A stretch of DNA of 64,000 nucleotides, from positions 159,467-223,466 of the forward strand of contig JBAZUE010000001.1 of NCBI GenBank assembly GCA_041661605.1, in the 5' to 3' direction. The notes under the pieces were generated by a model. That model ran no database searches, was not told the origin of the DNA, and saw only the letters and a program-made list of their open reading frames with translations. This document shows, one piece after another, positions 10,462 through 20,633 of this stretch (the first letter of the stretch is position 1; each line of letters starts with the position of its first letter). A program made the position numbers and the translations under genes. The DNA is from Candidatus Omnitrophota bacterium (GTDB lineage Bacteria > Omnitrophota > Gorgyraeia > Gygaellales > Profunditerraquicolaceae).

Positions 10462-11412
10462 ATGAATTATTTCTTTATTATTGCTATATCGTTTATTATT
10501 GTTTTTTTAATCACTCCGAATATCCGCTACTTTGCTTTGAAATTTTATGTTATCGATAAGGTGAACAAAAGAAAAATCCACAAAAAGTTAGTAACTAAAT
10601 TAGGTGGATTAGGGATTTATTTGGGGTTTTTAGGAGGATTATTCTGTATTGTTATTCTTGATCCGGGTTTTTTCAGAAGCAATTATACTTCAATGCTGGG
10701 CTTGTTAATTGGGGCATCTCTTGTATTAATCCTAGGGATTTATGATGATTTTCAGGGCAGCAGCGCTTTATTGAAATTTATCATTCAAATAATCATTTCT
10801 TCTTTAATTATCAAGTCAGGTTTTCTTCTGAATGCTATCTTTATTCCTCCTTTAATTAATATCGAGTTTGGTATATTCAGTATTCCGGTAACCCTGTTAT
10901 GGTTAGTTGGTATAATTAACGCTGTTAATCTTATTGATGGACTAGATGGATTGGCCGCCGGAGTTATTGGAATCGCATCTTTTTTTATTTTTGTCTTTGG
11001 ATTAATTTTAAGAAATAATTTTGTTATCTACGTATCTTTAGCTTTAGCTGGAGCTTGTTTTGCTTTTCTTAGATATAATTTTCATCCAGCAAAAATATTT
11101 ATGGGAGATACCGGAAGTTTGTTTTTAGGTTTAATTGTGGCGTGCTTGGGAATATACCGGCCAGTTTCTAATTTGAATAATCCTTTTTTTATCCCTGTCG
11201 TAATATTACTTTTTCTACCTATAATAGATACAACTTTTGCCGTCGCCAGAAGAATCCTGCATAAAAGAAATATTTTTTCTGGCGATGCATCCCATATTCA
11301 TCATTATTTGGTGAAGCGTGGGTTTAGCCAAGCACAAGCTGTCTTAAGACTTTATTCCATAACTTTCCTCCTTGGTGTTATATCTTTATTTGTTATATTT
11401 ATATCAAAATAA
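10462..11412 (+). CDS. WecA/MraY-family (GT4) polyprenyl-phosphate hexose/HexNAc-1-phosphate transferase
   Basis: NAVNLIDGLDGLAAG and FMGDTGSLFLG motifs. About 10 TM helices. Confidence 0.85.
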   Translation: MNYFFIIAISFIIVFLITPNIRYFALKFYVIDKVNKRKIHKKLVTKLGGLGIYLGFLGGLFCIVILDPGFFRSNYTSMLGLLIGASLVLILGIYDDFQGSSALLKFIIQIIISSLIIKSGFLLNAIFIPPLINIEFGIFSIPVTLLWLVGIINAVNLIDGLDGLAAGVIGIASFFIFVFGLILRNNFVIYVSLALAGACFAFLRYNFHPAKIFMGDTGSLFLGLIVACLGIYRPVSNLNNPFFIPVVILLFLPIIDTTFAVARRILHKRNIFSGDASHIHHYLVKRGFSQAQAVLRLYSITFLLGVISLFVIFISK

Positions 11413-11426
11413 GTAGACTGCTAAAA

Positions 11427-12733
11427 ATGTTGATTAATAGATTTGTTTTGAATAGAGAAAGATTAATTTTGTATTGTGATTGGGCAATAATAGCCTTTTT
11501 GTGTTTTTTAATTTTTTGCCTTCCGTTTTCCAAAGCAGGTATAGAGAGTTTTGTTTGGCCGGCAATATTTATTTGGATTTTAAAAAGAGTATTGGGATTT
11601 AAGTCTAGTTCCTTATGCGGGATGCTTACGCGGACTCAGTTAAACAGAGTTTTGGGCGTATTTATTGTAGCCAATGTGTTATCGGTGATATTCAGCACTA
11701 ATTTTGGACTATCCCTAAGAGCTTTTTTCGGCAAAGAACTAAAGTTTCTGGCTATATATTTTATGTTGGTTGAGGTTATTAACACTTGGGAGCGACTAAA
11801 AAGTGTTTTAATTGTGATTATCGCTTCAGCTGTATTAGTAACCGCAGATGCGTTAGTGCAATATTTCAGAGGGGTTGATTTTTTAAGAGGCTACTATTGG
11901 AATAGGCTTACTGCTTCTTTTTCAACTGGAGCCGGATTTGCCGGATGGTTAATTGTAGTTATCCCATTGATTTTGGGCATGTTATTAACAGGGAAGGTTG
12001 TAGGTAGAAGATCAAAAACACTGTTGATGATGCTTACTGTTTTGTTATTTACTTGTTTATTGGGAACCTATGCGCGTGGCGCTTGGTTGGGTTTTATAAT
12101 GTCCGTTGTTTTGACGATTGGTTATGTATTTAAGGGGCTAGATCTGAGGATTAAACTGTTATATTCATTCGTCGCTATAGGTGTATTGTCTATATTTTTA
12201 GTTTTGCCTCAATCTCTAAAAGTTAAAGCTACATCTCTTGGTAGGATTGATTTTAAGGCTGGTCAGACAATAAACGCGCGCATAAAATCAACAGCTAGGC
12301 TGGGGGAAGGCTCAATTCTGATTAGATTTAAGCTTTGGAAAGAAAATTTAAAGATAATTAGGGATCATAGTTTTATAGGCTGTGGGTTAATACTTATTCA
12401 ATCGTAGCGCGGGGTTACAAGAGTTTTGAAGGGGGTGGCGTATACTCGCATAATTCCTATCTTCAGATGGCAGCGGAAACAGGTTTATTTGGTTTGCTTA
12501 CATTTCTTTTGATCTTATTTACATTTTTCAAAATCGGGCTACGTTATTTGGGGCAAAGAAAAGATTTCTTAGTTTTGGGTCTTTTATCCGGTATTTTGGC
12601 ATATTTAGTGCATGCTTTTTTTGATACTCACTTTTATTCTTTGCAGCTTGCGGTTTTATTTTGGTATGTGCTTGGTCTGACGATTGCGATAATTAATCTT
12701 AATGCTGACCAGCATCAAAATCTAGGAGGGTAA
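11427..12733 (+). pseudogene. O-antigen ligase/polymerase (Wzy_C) family gene interrupted by a 1-nt frameshift near 12389
   Basis: ORFs 11427..12407 and 12467..12733 are two halves of one protein. The second frame is open from 12371 and reads NTYSIVARGYKSFEGGGVYSHNSYLQMAAETG, which continues ...HSFIGCGL from the first. The intact paralogue at 32053 reads HPFIGVGLNTFS...AHNIYLQTAGEVG. Confidence 0.85.
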
Positions 12734-13510
12734 ATGAAAGTAGTCATTTTAGCCGGCGGCAGGGGTACGAGAATCAGCGAGGAAACAGAGGTATTGCCGA
12801 AACCGATGGTGGAGATTGGAGGAAAGCCGGTTATTTGGCATATTATGAAACTCTATTCTCATTATGGTTTTAATGAATTCATTATTTGTTTGGGTTACAG
12901 GGGCTATATGATAAAGGAGTATTTTTCTCATTATTTTATGCATATGAGCGACGTGACCATAGATTTATCCAAGAATGAAACGAAGATCCATACTACCACT
13001 TCTGAGCCATGGAAGATCACTTTGGTGGATACCGGCTTAGGAACAATGACCGGAAGCAGGCTTAAGAGGGTAGAGAAATATGTAGGGAATCAGAGTTTCC
13101 TTTTAACTTATGGTGACGGGCTGGCTGATATTGATATGGACAAGCTGGTTCAATTCCATAGGGAGAATAAAAAGTTGGCGACACTAACCGCTATTCAGAA
13201 CGTAGGAAGGTTTGGCGTACTGGATATAGATGCCGGAAATCAAGTTTCTTCATTTTTGGAGAAGCCTAAAGGAGAAGGCGGATGGATTAACGGAGGTTTT
13301 TTTGTCCTTGAGCCGGAGGTATTCAATTTTATAGAAAACAATAATACGGTTGTCTGGGAGAAGGAACCTCTTGAGAATTTATCAAGGCAGGGAAAATTAT
13401 GCGCTTATAAGCATACAGGTTTTTGGGGTTGCATGGATACTTTAAGGGACAAGATAAGCTTTGAACAAATTTGGCAATCGGGAAGCGCTCCCTGGAAAGT
13501 ATGGGGTTAA
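12734..13510 (+). CDS. rfbF: Glucose-1-phosphate cytidylyltransferase
   Basis: MKVVILAGGRGTRISEETEVLPKPMVEIGGKPVIWHIMKLYSHYGFNEFIICLGYRGY is the canonical RfbF/DdhA N-terminus. 258 aa. Confidence 0.9.
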   Translation: MKVVILAGGRGTRISEETEVLPKPMVEIGGKPVIWHIMKLYSHYGFNEFIICLGYRGYMIKEYFSHYFMHMSDVTIDLSKNETKIHTTTSEPWKITLVDTGLGTMTGSRLKRVEKYVGNQSFLLTYGDGLADIDMDKLVQFHRENKKLATLTAIQNVGRFGVLDIDAGNQVSSFLEKPKGEGGWINGGFFVLEPEVFNFIENNNTVVWEKEPLENLSRQGKLCAYKHTGFWGCMDTLRDKISFEQIWQSGSAPWKVWG

Positions 13511-13514
13511 TGTT

Positions 13515-14495
13515 ATGAACAATAAATTTTGGAAAGATAAAAGAGTACTCATAACCGGTTTTGAGGGATTCCTGGGCTCTAACCTGACTAAAGCTATCCT
13601 TGGGATGGGGGCGAAAGTAGTCGGATTGGATATCAAAACTTTTCGTAAAGAAACTATCCTTAGCCCGCAGGATTATAAGAAAATGGTTGTTTATAAAGGG
13701 AGTGTTGCTAATTACAGCCTTATTAAAGATATCTTGCGCAAACATTCAATCAATATAATCTTCCATTTAGCCGCAGAAGCAATTGTCAGCCGCAGCCATG
13801 AGAATCCTTCAAAGACGTTTAAATCTAATATAGAAGGGACCTGGAATCTTTTGGAGGCTGCCCGGTGCTATGGCGGCGTAGAAGCTATTGTGGTTGCTTC
13901 AAGCGATAAGGCTTATGGGTCTCATAAGAAACTTCCTTACCGCGAAGAGGCTCCGCTTGTTGCAAACCATCCTTACGATGTTTCTAAAAGCTGCGCTGAT
14001 TTAATAACAAACACATATTCTCACACTTATGGCTTGCCTGCAGCGATTACGCGCTGCGGTAATATTTATGGACCGGGAGATTTTAATTTCAGCCGCCTTA
14101 TTCCTGACGCGATAAGGTGTGTTTTATCCGGGAAAACACTTAAGATACGCAGTGACGGCCAATTTGTGCGCGATTATGTTTATGTTGATGATATTGTTGC
14201 CGGATATATTAAAATAGCTGAACTTATAAAAAAGAACAGTCTTTCTGGTGAAGCCTTTAATCTAAGCGATGAAAAGCCAATAACTGTGCTTAAACTGTTA
14301 AAGGAGATTGATGGGCTTGGACTTTGCGGCAGGAAGCTAAAATATAAGATTATGAATACCGCCAAGTATGAAATTAAAAAACAATATCTTTCTTCGGCAA
14401 AGGCCAGAAGAACTTTAGGCTGGAAGCCCAAGCATAGTATTAAAGAGGGGCTTAAGCAGACGGCTGATTGGTATCGTTCCTTTCTCAGAAAATAA
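13515..14495 (+). CDS. Extended-SDR NAD-dependent sugar dehydratase, CDP-glucose 4,6-dehydratase-like
   Basis: Start moved to the ATG at 13515, just after the rfbF stop. FWKDKRVLITGFEGFLGSNL resembles the RfbG N-terminus. SSDKAYG and YDVSK (YxxxK) catalytic motifs. Sits next to rfbF. Confidence 0.65.
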   Translation: MNNKFWKDKRVLITGFEGFLGSNLTKAILGMGAKVVGLDIKTFRKETILSPQDYKKMVVYKGSVANYSLIKDILRKHSINIIFHLAAEAIVSRSHENPSKTFKSNIEGTWNLLEAARCYGGVEAIVVASSDKAYGSHKKLPYREEAPLVANHPYDVSKSCADLITNTYSHTYGLPAAITRCGNIYGPGDFNFSRLIPDAIRCVLSGKTLKIRSDGQFVRDYVYVDDIVAGYIKIAELIKKNSLSGEAFNLSDEKPITVLKLLKEIDGLGLCGRKLKYKIMNTAKYEIKKQYLSSAKARRTLGWKPKHSIKEGLKQTADWYRSFLRK

Positions 14496-14500
14496 TATTC

Positions 14501-15241
14501 ATGAAAATATATTTCTTAGGCACAAATGGCTGGTGCGATACTGATTTAGGCAATACTCTATGCGTATTGGTTGAAACAAGCCAGGCTTATATAGTTTTTG
14601 ACGCGGGCAATGGTTTATTTAAACTGGATAAATATGTTAAAGATAGACGGCCGATTTATTTATTCTTGAGTCATTTCCATCTGGACCATATTATCGGCCT
14701 GCATGGCCTGAATAAGTTTAGTTTCCCGCAAGGAATAAATATCTTTGGGCCTAAGGGTATAAAGGAGATGTTTAAACTTGTAATTAATACTCCGTATTCT
14801 AAACCAATCCATCAACTTAAAATTAAGGTGAAGGTTGGGGAGATTAATAAAGATTCAAAATTCCCGTTTGATATCAGGTTTAAAAAACTCATCCATACTA
14901 CTGAATGTTATGGTTATCGTTTGTCCGCTGATGATAAAACAATAGCGTTTTGCACAGATACCGGACCATGCAAAGAAATAGAGGTATTGGCTAATAACGC
15001 GGATCTTTTAATAGCTGAATCTTCGCTGCCTCCCGGCAAGATTGATGCCAACTGGCCGCATCTTAATCCTCAGCAAGCTGCTTTGGCAGCTAAGAACGCG
15101 GGGGCCAAGAGATTGGTTTTGGTGCATTTTGATGCCGGAGTATATTTAACAAATAAAGACCGGATCTTGGCTCAAAACGCCGCAAGAAAGATATTTAAGA
15201 ATACATTAGCAGCTGAAGATGGCTTAGTTGAAGTAGTCTAA
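14501..15241 (+). CDS. MBL-fold metallo-hydrolase (RNase Z-like fold)
   Basis: Start moved to the ATG at 14501 (MKIYFLGTNGW). HxHxDH motif LSHFHLDHIIGL. Confidence 0.75.
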   Translation: MKIYFLGTNGWCDTDLGNTLCVLVETSQAYIVFDAGNGLFKLDKYVKDRRPIYLFLSHFHLDHIIGLHGLNKFSFPQGINIFGPKGIKEMFKLVINTPYSKPIHQLKIKVKVGEINKDSKFPFDIRFKKLIHTTECYGYRLSADDKTIAFCTDTGPCKEIEVLANNADLLIAESSLPPGKIDANWPHLNPQQAALAAKNAGAKRLVLVHFDAGVYLTNKDRILAQNAARKIFKNTLAAEDGLVEVV

Positions 15242-16123
15242 ATGAAAAAAGTAAAAGTCGGCATTATCGGAACGGGAAATATTGGCACAGACTTATTGAT
15301 TAAAGTGCAGAGGTCCGATATCCTTGAATGCGGTATTTTCGCGGGGAAAAATCCGGATTCATCTGGGATTAAAAAAGCCAAGTCTATGGGGGTTAAGGTT
15401 TCTTTTGACTCAATTAAGGCTATCCAGGATGAGCCTGATTGCTGCGAGATTGTTTTTGACGCAACTTCGGCTAAGGTCCATTCATTCAATGCCCCGATTT
15501 TAAAACAGTTGGGTAAGTTTACGATTGACCTTACTCCGTCCCAAATAGGCAAAATGTGCGTTCCGGTGATCAACCTGGCGGAATGCCTGAATTGCGATAA
15601 TATCAATCTTGTTACCTGCGGTGGGCAGGCAGTTGTCCCTATAGCCTGCGCTATTATGAAAGTGCATCCTGAAACCGAATATATTGAAGTTGTCGCAAGT
15701 ATTGCTTCGAAATCCGCGGGTTCCGGCACTAGGGCGAACATTGACGAATATACCCAGGCTACTAAGGACGCCATTAGTATTTTTACCGGTGTGCCTAAAG
15801 CCAAGGCGATAATTGTCCTAAATCCGGCAGAGCCGCCCATCCTTATGCACAATACAATATACGCGAAAATTGAGAAACCTAAAATTGAAGAAATCGCAGC
15901 CCAAGTTATGTCTATGGCCAAAAAGATACAAAAATATGTTCCCGGTTATAAAGTTGTCTTGGGGCCTGTGGTTGAAAATAACCGCGTTACCACAATGGTA
16001 GAAGTGGTAGGGTTAGGAGATTTTCTTCCTAAATATTCAGGTAATTTGGATATTATAACCTGCGCAGCAGTGAATGCCGCAGAAGAGTTCGCAAAAAGGA
16101 AGATCTTAAAGTTAAGGAGCTAA
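15242..16123 (+). CDS. Acetaldehyde dehydrogenase (acetylating), DmpF/MhpF type
   Basis: KVKVGIIGTGNIGTDLL, NLVTCGGQA, and SKSAGSGTRANIDEY motifs. About 293 aa. Confidence 0.9.
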   Translation: MKKVKVGIIGTGNIGTDLLIKVQRSDILECGIFAGKNPDSSGIKKAKSMGVKVSFDSIKAIQDEPDCCEIVFDATSAKVHSFNAPILKQLGKFTIDLTPSQIGKMCVPVINLAECLNCDNINLVTCGGQAVVPIACAIMKVHPETEYIEVVASIASKSAGSGTRANIDEYTQATKDAISIFTGVPKAKAIIVLNPAEPPILMHNTIYAKIEKPKIEEIAAQVMSMAKKIQKYVPGYKVVLGPVVENNRVTTMVEVVGLGDFLPKYSGNLDIITCAAVNAAEEFAKRKILKLRS

Positions 16124-16131
16124 ATTTTATT

Positions 16132-17160
16132 ATGGAGAAGGTAGTTTTTTTTGATTCCACTTTACGCGATGGTTCGCATGCTGTCCGCCATCAATTAAGC
16201 GCTGAAAATATCCTGAATTATTGCAGGGGAATTGATGGTGCCGGGCTATATGTTGTTATCGTGGGCCATGGTAATGGTTTGGGCGCTTCTTCGCTGCAAG
16301 TTGGTTTATCCGCGATATCCGACAAGGAGATGCTTTTAACCGCCCGCAAAGGGTTAAAAAAGACAAAGCTTGGTGCATTTCTTATTCCCGGATTTGGAAC
16401 GATAAAAGATGACCTTGAACCGGCAATCGATTCAGGGGTTGAACTTGTTTGCGTGGCAAGCCATTGTACCGAGGCGGATATAACGGCGCAGCATATTGAT
16501 TATGTCAGAAAGCGGGGGAAAGAGGCTTATGGGGTATTAATGATGTATCACATGGCCTCTAAGGAAAGATTATTGGTAGAAGCAAAGAAAATGCAGAATT
16601 ATGGGGCCTTAGGTGTTATTTTAATGGATTCAGCCGGAGCTTCAGATCCAGGTATGGTAGAAGAGGCAGTAAAGTTTTTATCAAAGAACTTAAGTGTTAC
16701 GGTGGGATTTCATGGGCATAATAATTTGGGGTTAGCGGTAGCTAACTCATTAACGGCAATAGAATCCGGAGCAAAAATAATCGATGGGACAGTCCGGGGT
16801 TTTGGCGCCGGCGCAGGCAACTGCCAGCTTGAAGTTTTAGCAGGGTTATTGACCAAGCTGAAGATAGAAACAGGCGTCGACCTCTATAAAATAATGGATG
16901 TGAGTGACGGGATTGTGGCAAAGATTATGCATAAGCCGCAGGAAATAGATTCGGTTGCTTTAATCAGCGGGATTTCCGGAGTTTTTTCCGGTTTTGCGAC
17001 CCATGTCAGGAGGGCGGCAGAACGGTTTGGTGTTGACCCGCGGGATATCTTCGTTGCGTTGGGTAAGAAAAAGATGGTGGCCGGACAAGAAGATTTTATT
17101 GTTGATGTAGCTTTAGAGTTAGCTAATAAAAAAGCCAAAGACCAGGATTTGTCATTTTAG
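16132..17160 (+). CDS. 4-hydroxy-2-oxovalerate aldolase, DmpG/MhpE type
   Basis: FDSTLRDGSHAVRHQ and GFHGHNNLGLAVANS motifs. Immediately follows the DmpF-like gene, the canonical pairing. Confidence 0.9.
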   Translation: MEKVVFFDSTLRDGSHAVRHQLSAENILNYCRGIDGAGLYVVIVGHGNGLGASSLQVGLSAISDKEMLLTARKGLKKTKLGAFLIPGFGTIKDDLEPAIDSGVELVCVASHCTEADITAQHIDYVRKRGKEAYGVLMMYHMASKERLLVEAKKMQNYGALGVILMDSAGASDPGMVEEAVKFLSKNLSVTVGFHGHNNLGLAVANSLTAIESGAKIIDGTVRGFGAGAGNCQLEVLAGLLTKLKIETGVDLYKIMDVSDGIVAKIMHKPQEIDSVALISGISGVFSGFATHVRRAAERFGVDPRDIFVALGKKKMVAGQEDFIVDVALELANKKAKDQDLSF

Positions 17161-17179
17161 CCAAAGATGGAGGCGTCTG

Positions 17180-17929
17180 ATGCTTAAAAAATCATTAAAA
17201 AACGGGTCATTTGTTTTAGGGACGTGGTGTGATTTACCAAGCCCGGCAGTTGTCAATGTATTAGCTAAGGCCGGATTGGATTTTGTTATTATCGATATGG
17301 AGCATGGACCGATGGATTATAGAATTGCCCAGAATATGGTTATGGCCGCTGAATGCGAAGGAGCAGAAGCCTTGGTGCGTGTTCCATGTTTGGATGAATC
17401 AGAAATATTGCGCGCTTTAGATATAGGTTCAGCCGGGGTTATTGTTCCTCACATTGAAAGCGTAGAAGACAGAAAAAAGGCTGTTGCTTACAGCAAATTT
17501 ACTCCTGTTGGGAAGAGAGGGTTTAACCCTTATGTGCGTAGCGGTGGATATTGCAAAGCTGACCGGGAATATTTTAACAAACAAAATGAAAAAACAATCC
17601 TGGGGTTGATTTTAGAAGGCGTAGGGGCTTTAAAAAATTTAGAAGCTATCATTGATGACCCCCATATAGATCTAATCTATATTGGTACTTATGATTTATC
17701 CGCAGCTTTAGGGTTGGCCGGTGATGTTGGGCATCCTAAGGTATTAAAAGAATTGGAAAAGGCAACAACTAAAATAATAAAAGCCAAGAAAAGCGCCGGC
17801 TGCATGATCCATAGTTTCTCGGATTTGGCAAAGTTTAAGAAATTGGGCATTCAGTTTATCACTTATAAAGTAGACAGCGCGATTATCTATGAGGCGGTTG
17901 CCGGGATTAAAAGGGAGTTTACCCGATGA
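17180..17929 (+). CDS. HpcH/HpaI-family class II (pyruvate) aldolase
   Basis: GTWCDLPSPAVVNVLAKAGLDFVIIDMEHGP, VRVP and IVPHIES motifs typical of the HpcH/HpaI/citrate-lyase-beta family. Confidence 0.8.
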   Translation: MLKKSLKNGSFVLGTWCDLPSPAVVNVLAKAGLDFVIIDMEHGPMDYRIAQNMVMAAECEGAEALVRVPCLDESEILRALDIGSAGVIVPHIESVEDRKKAVAYSKFTPVGKRGFNPYVRSGGYCKADREYFNKQNEKTILGLILEGVGALKNLEAIIDDPHIDLIYIGTYDLSAALGLAGDVGHPKVLKELEKATTKIIKAKKSAGCMIHSFSDLAKFKKLGIQFITYKVDSAIIYEAVAGIKREFTR

Positions 17930-19731
17930 TGAAGCTATCCGATTATATGGTTAAGTTTTTGGAAGACAATGGTGTCAAGGATGTTTTTATGCTAACCGGC
18001 GGCGGCTGTATGCATTTAGTGGATTCATTCGGGAAATCAAAAAAAATTAAATATCTTTGCGCTCACCATGAACAAGCTTGCGCAATGGCTGCTGAGGCCT
18101 ACGCTAAATTTAAAAATGATTTAGGGGTGGTTTTGGTTACAAGTGGTCCCGGCGTGACAAATGCTTTAACCGGCCTGGTAGGGGCATTTCAGGACTCGGC
18201 TCCCTGTTTATTTATCTCGGGCCAGTCCAAAAGGCGCCAGACTGTTTTTAATGAAAAAGAGGCAAAGTTGCGTCAATTCGGCACACAAGAAGTTAATGCT
18301 ATCCCCATGGTGGAATCTGCCTGTAAATTTTCAATTATGGTTAATGAGCCGGAAAAGATCCGCTATTATCTTGAGAAGGCCCTCTATTTAGCTAAGAATG
18401 GAAGGCCCGGGCCTGTTTGGCTGGATGTCCCGCTTGATGTTCAAAGCTCTCAGGTTGACGAGGCCAATCTCCAGAGGTTTGATCCTTCAGAGTTGGAAAG
18501 CAGCTTTAAGCGTAAATTAACAGATGCGGAGCTGTTAAGTATATCCAGCTACTTTAAGAAAGCAAAACGCCCCATGATTATAGCCGGCCATGGTATAAGG
18601 CTGGCCGGCGCCTGTTCTGAATTAGTTGCATTTGCAGACAGATTTAATATTCCCGTTGTTACAACTATACTGGGTATCGATGTCATCCCTACGGGTAATA
18701 AAAACTATGCAGGCAGGATTGGGATCAAGGGAACGCGGGCAGGTAATTTTGCCATACAAAATGCGGACCTTATTTTGAGCATAGGCTCAAGGCTGGCTGT
18801 GCCTGTTGTGGGGCATGAATATAAATTATTTGCCAGGGAGGCTAAAGTTATAGTTGTGGATATTGACCCTGAAGAACACAAGAAGAAAACAATCCGTATT
18901 GATAAATTTGTCCAGGCAGACGCAGGTATTTTTATAAAAGAAATCCAGAAATATTTTAAAAAGGATGGAATAGGAATATCAAAAACCTGGCTGGCACGAT
19001 GCTTGAATTGGAAACGAAAATACCCGGTTTGCCTGCCGCAATATAAAAAAGCAAATGGCGATATTAACTTATATTATTTTGTTGAAACATTAAATAAGAA
19101 AATAAAATCCGATATGCCTGTAATTTCTGATGCCGGTTCTGTTTTTTATGCTGTTTCCCAGGGGGTTAATATCAAGAAGGGGCAGCGTTATATTACTTCC
19201 GGGGCTTTAGCAACAATGGGTTTTAGCCTGCCGGCGGCTATAGGAGTTTGTATTGCTAATAATCGGAAGAGTGTTGCCGCCATAACCGGAGATGGCTCTT
19301 TTCAGTTAAATATTCAAGAGCTGCAAACAATTATTCATTATAAACTGCCGGTTAAGATTTTCGTAATCAATAATAACGGCTATTTATCTATACGCCAGAC
19401 ACAGGCAAGATTCTTTAATTCGCATTTTGTCGGGGAGGGTGTTCGCTCCGGGGTTTCTTTCCCCGATATTAGAAAGATAGCTTTCGCGTATGGCATTAAG
19501 TATATCAAGTTAACATGCGCTAATTTATCCAAAGGCCTGGATCAAGCCTTAAAAGACAATGTTCCGGTTATCTGCGAGGTCAAATCTCCAGAGAACCAGC
19601 AAATTATCCCCACTAACACAGCAGAGATCGGACCTAACGGAGTTATGGCTTCAAAGCCATTGGAGGATATGTTTCCTTTCTTAGATAGAAAGATTTTTCT
19701 TTCAGAAATGATAGTAAAGCCGGTTGGTTAA
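17926..19731 (+). CDS. Thiamine-diphosphate-dependent enzyme, acetolactate-synthase-like (YerE-like)
   Basis: N-terminal Pyr domain (HHEQACAMAAEAYAK, VTSGPGVTNA). C-terminal ThDP/Mg motif GDGSFQLNIQELQT...NNNGY. 601 aa. Confidence 0.85.
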   Translation: MMKLSDYMVKFLEDNGVKDVFMLTGGGCMHLVDSFGKSKKIKYLCAHHEQACAMAAEAYAKFKNDLGVVLVTSGPGVTNALTGLVGAFQDSAPCLFISGQSKRRQTVFNEKEAKLRQFGTQEVNAIPMVESACKFSIMVNEPEKIRYYLEKALYLAKNGRPGPVWLDVPLDVQSSQVDEANLQRFDPSELESSFKRKLTDAELLSISSYFKKAKRPMIIAGHGIRLAGACSELVAFADRFNIPVVTTILGIDVIPTGNKNYAGRIGIKGTRAGNFAIQNADLILSIGSRLAVPVVGHEYKLFAREAKVIVVDIDPEEHKKKTIRIDKFVQADAGIFIKEIQKYFKKDGIGISKTWLARCLNWKRKYPVCLPQYKKANGDINLYYFVETLNKKIKSDMPVISDAGSVFYAVSQGVNIKKGQRYITSGALATMGFSLPAAIGVCIANNRKSVAAITGDGSFQLNIQELQTIIHYKLPVKIFVINNNGYLSIRQTQARFFNSHFVGEGVRSGVSFPDIRKIAFAYGIKYIKLTCANLSKGLDQALKDNVPVICEVKSPENQQIIPTNTAEIGPNGVMASKPLEDMFPFLDRKIFLSEMIVKPVG

Positions 19732-19736
19732 TTAAG

Positions 19737-20633
19737 ATGAAGAAAAAGATCGCTATATTGGGGGCAACAAGCCATATTGCCAAAGGGTTAATCCTGAACT
19801 TTAGGCAAAGCAAAGAAAATGAATTGTTTTTGTTTGCCCGCTCCCCTAATAAGGTGAGAGAATTCTTGAAAGATAATGGCGCGCCATTGAATCGCCATAT
19901 TTCTGAATTTAAATATTTCCAGAGGACTGAATATGATGTTGTAATCAATTGTGTAGGCCTGGGAACGCCGGTAAAAGTTAAAGAAGCAAACGCAGAGGTA
20001 TTCAGACTAACAGAAGAATTTGACAATATAGCTTTAGAATATCTACATAGACATCCTAAAACTCTTTATATAAATTTTAGCAGCGGGGCGGTTTACAGTG
20101 TATCTGTGGACGAGATAAAACCGGAACATTATTACGGGATAGCAAAATTGCATCAGGAAGCAAAGCATCGAGCTTTAGGGGAGTTTAATATTGTTGATAT
20201 AAGGCTATTTTCGTATTTTAGCCGTTTCATAGAGATGGATTCCGGGTATTTTCTAACCGAATTGATAAAGAGCTTAAAAAAGAAAAAGGCCTTTATTACT
20301 AATTCCTGCGATTTTACGCGGGATTTCATCGCGTCTTCTGATCTTTTTAACTTAATCTGTTTGATTATAAAAGCCAGGCCTTTTAATGGTGTTTTTGATG
20401 CCTATAGTTCTAAGCCGGTTAGTAAATTTAAATTGCTTGACTATTTTGTTAAGAATCATTCTTTAAAATATATTATTAACCAGAAGCTTAAGCTTGTTTG
20501 CCCAACAGGGATAAAAATCCGGTATTGCCCTGATTCGAGGAAAGCAGAGAGGTTGGGATATAAGCCGAGATTCTCTTCCATGGAAGCAGTAGCAATGGAA
20601 TCAAAGTATATACTTGGGGTAACTAATGCATAA
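19737..20633 (+). CDS. NAD(P)-dependent SDR-type sugar reductase/epimerase (YerF-like role possible)
   Basis: N-terminal Rossmann motif IAILGATSHIAKGL and YGIAK (YxxxK). Lies between the ThDP enzyme and rfbH. Confidence 0.6.
   Translation: MKKKIAILGATSHIAKGLILNFRQSKENELFLFARSPNKVREFLKDNGAPLNRHISEFKYFQRTEYDVVINCVGLGTPVKVKEANAEVFRLTEEFDNIALEYLHRHPKTLYINFSSGAVYSVSVDEIKPEHYYGIAKLHQEAKHRALGEFNIVDIRLFSYFSRFIEMDSGYFLTELIKSLKKKKAFITNSCDFTRDFIASSDLFNLICLIIKARPFNGVFDAYSSKPVSKFKLLDYFVKNHSLKYIINQKLKLVCPTGIKIRYCPDSRKAERLGYKPRFSSMEAVAMESKYILGVTNA

Noticed and set aside
15238-15921. 227-aa minus-strand ORF from the track
   Set aside because: It lies entirely antisense to the DmpF-type acetaldehyde dehydrogenase gene, which has unmistakable family motifs. 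The antisense translation has no recognisable features. The same reasoning applies to the other antisense track ORFs, for example 13329..13745, 34337..34747, 49372..49782, 53839..54393, 60271..60705, 62370..62864 and 63233..63616.
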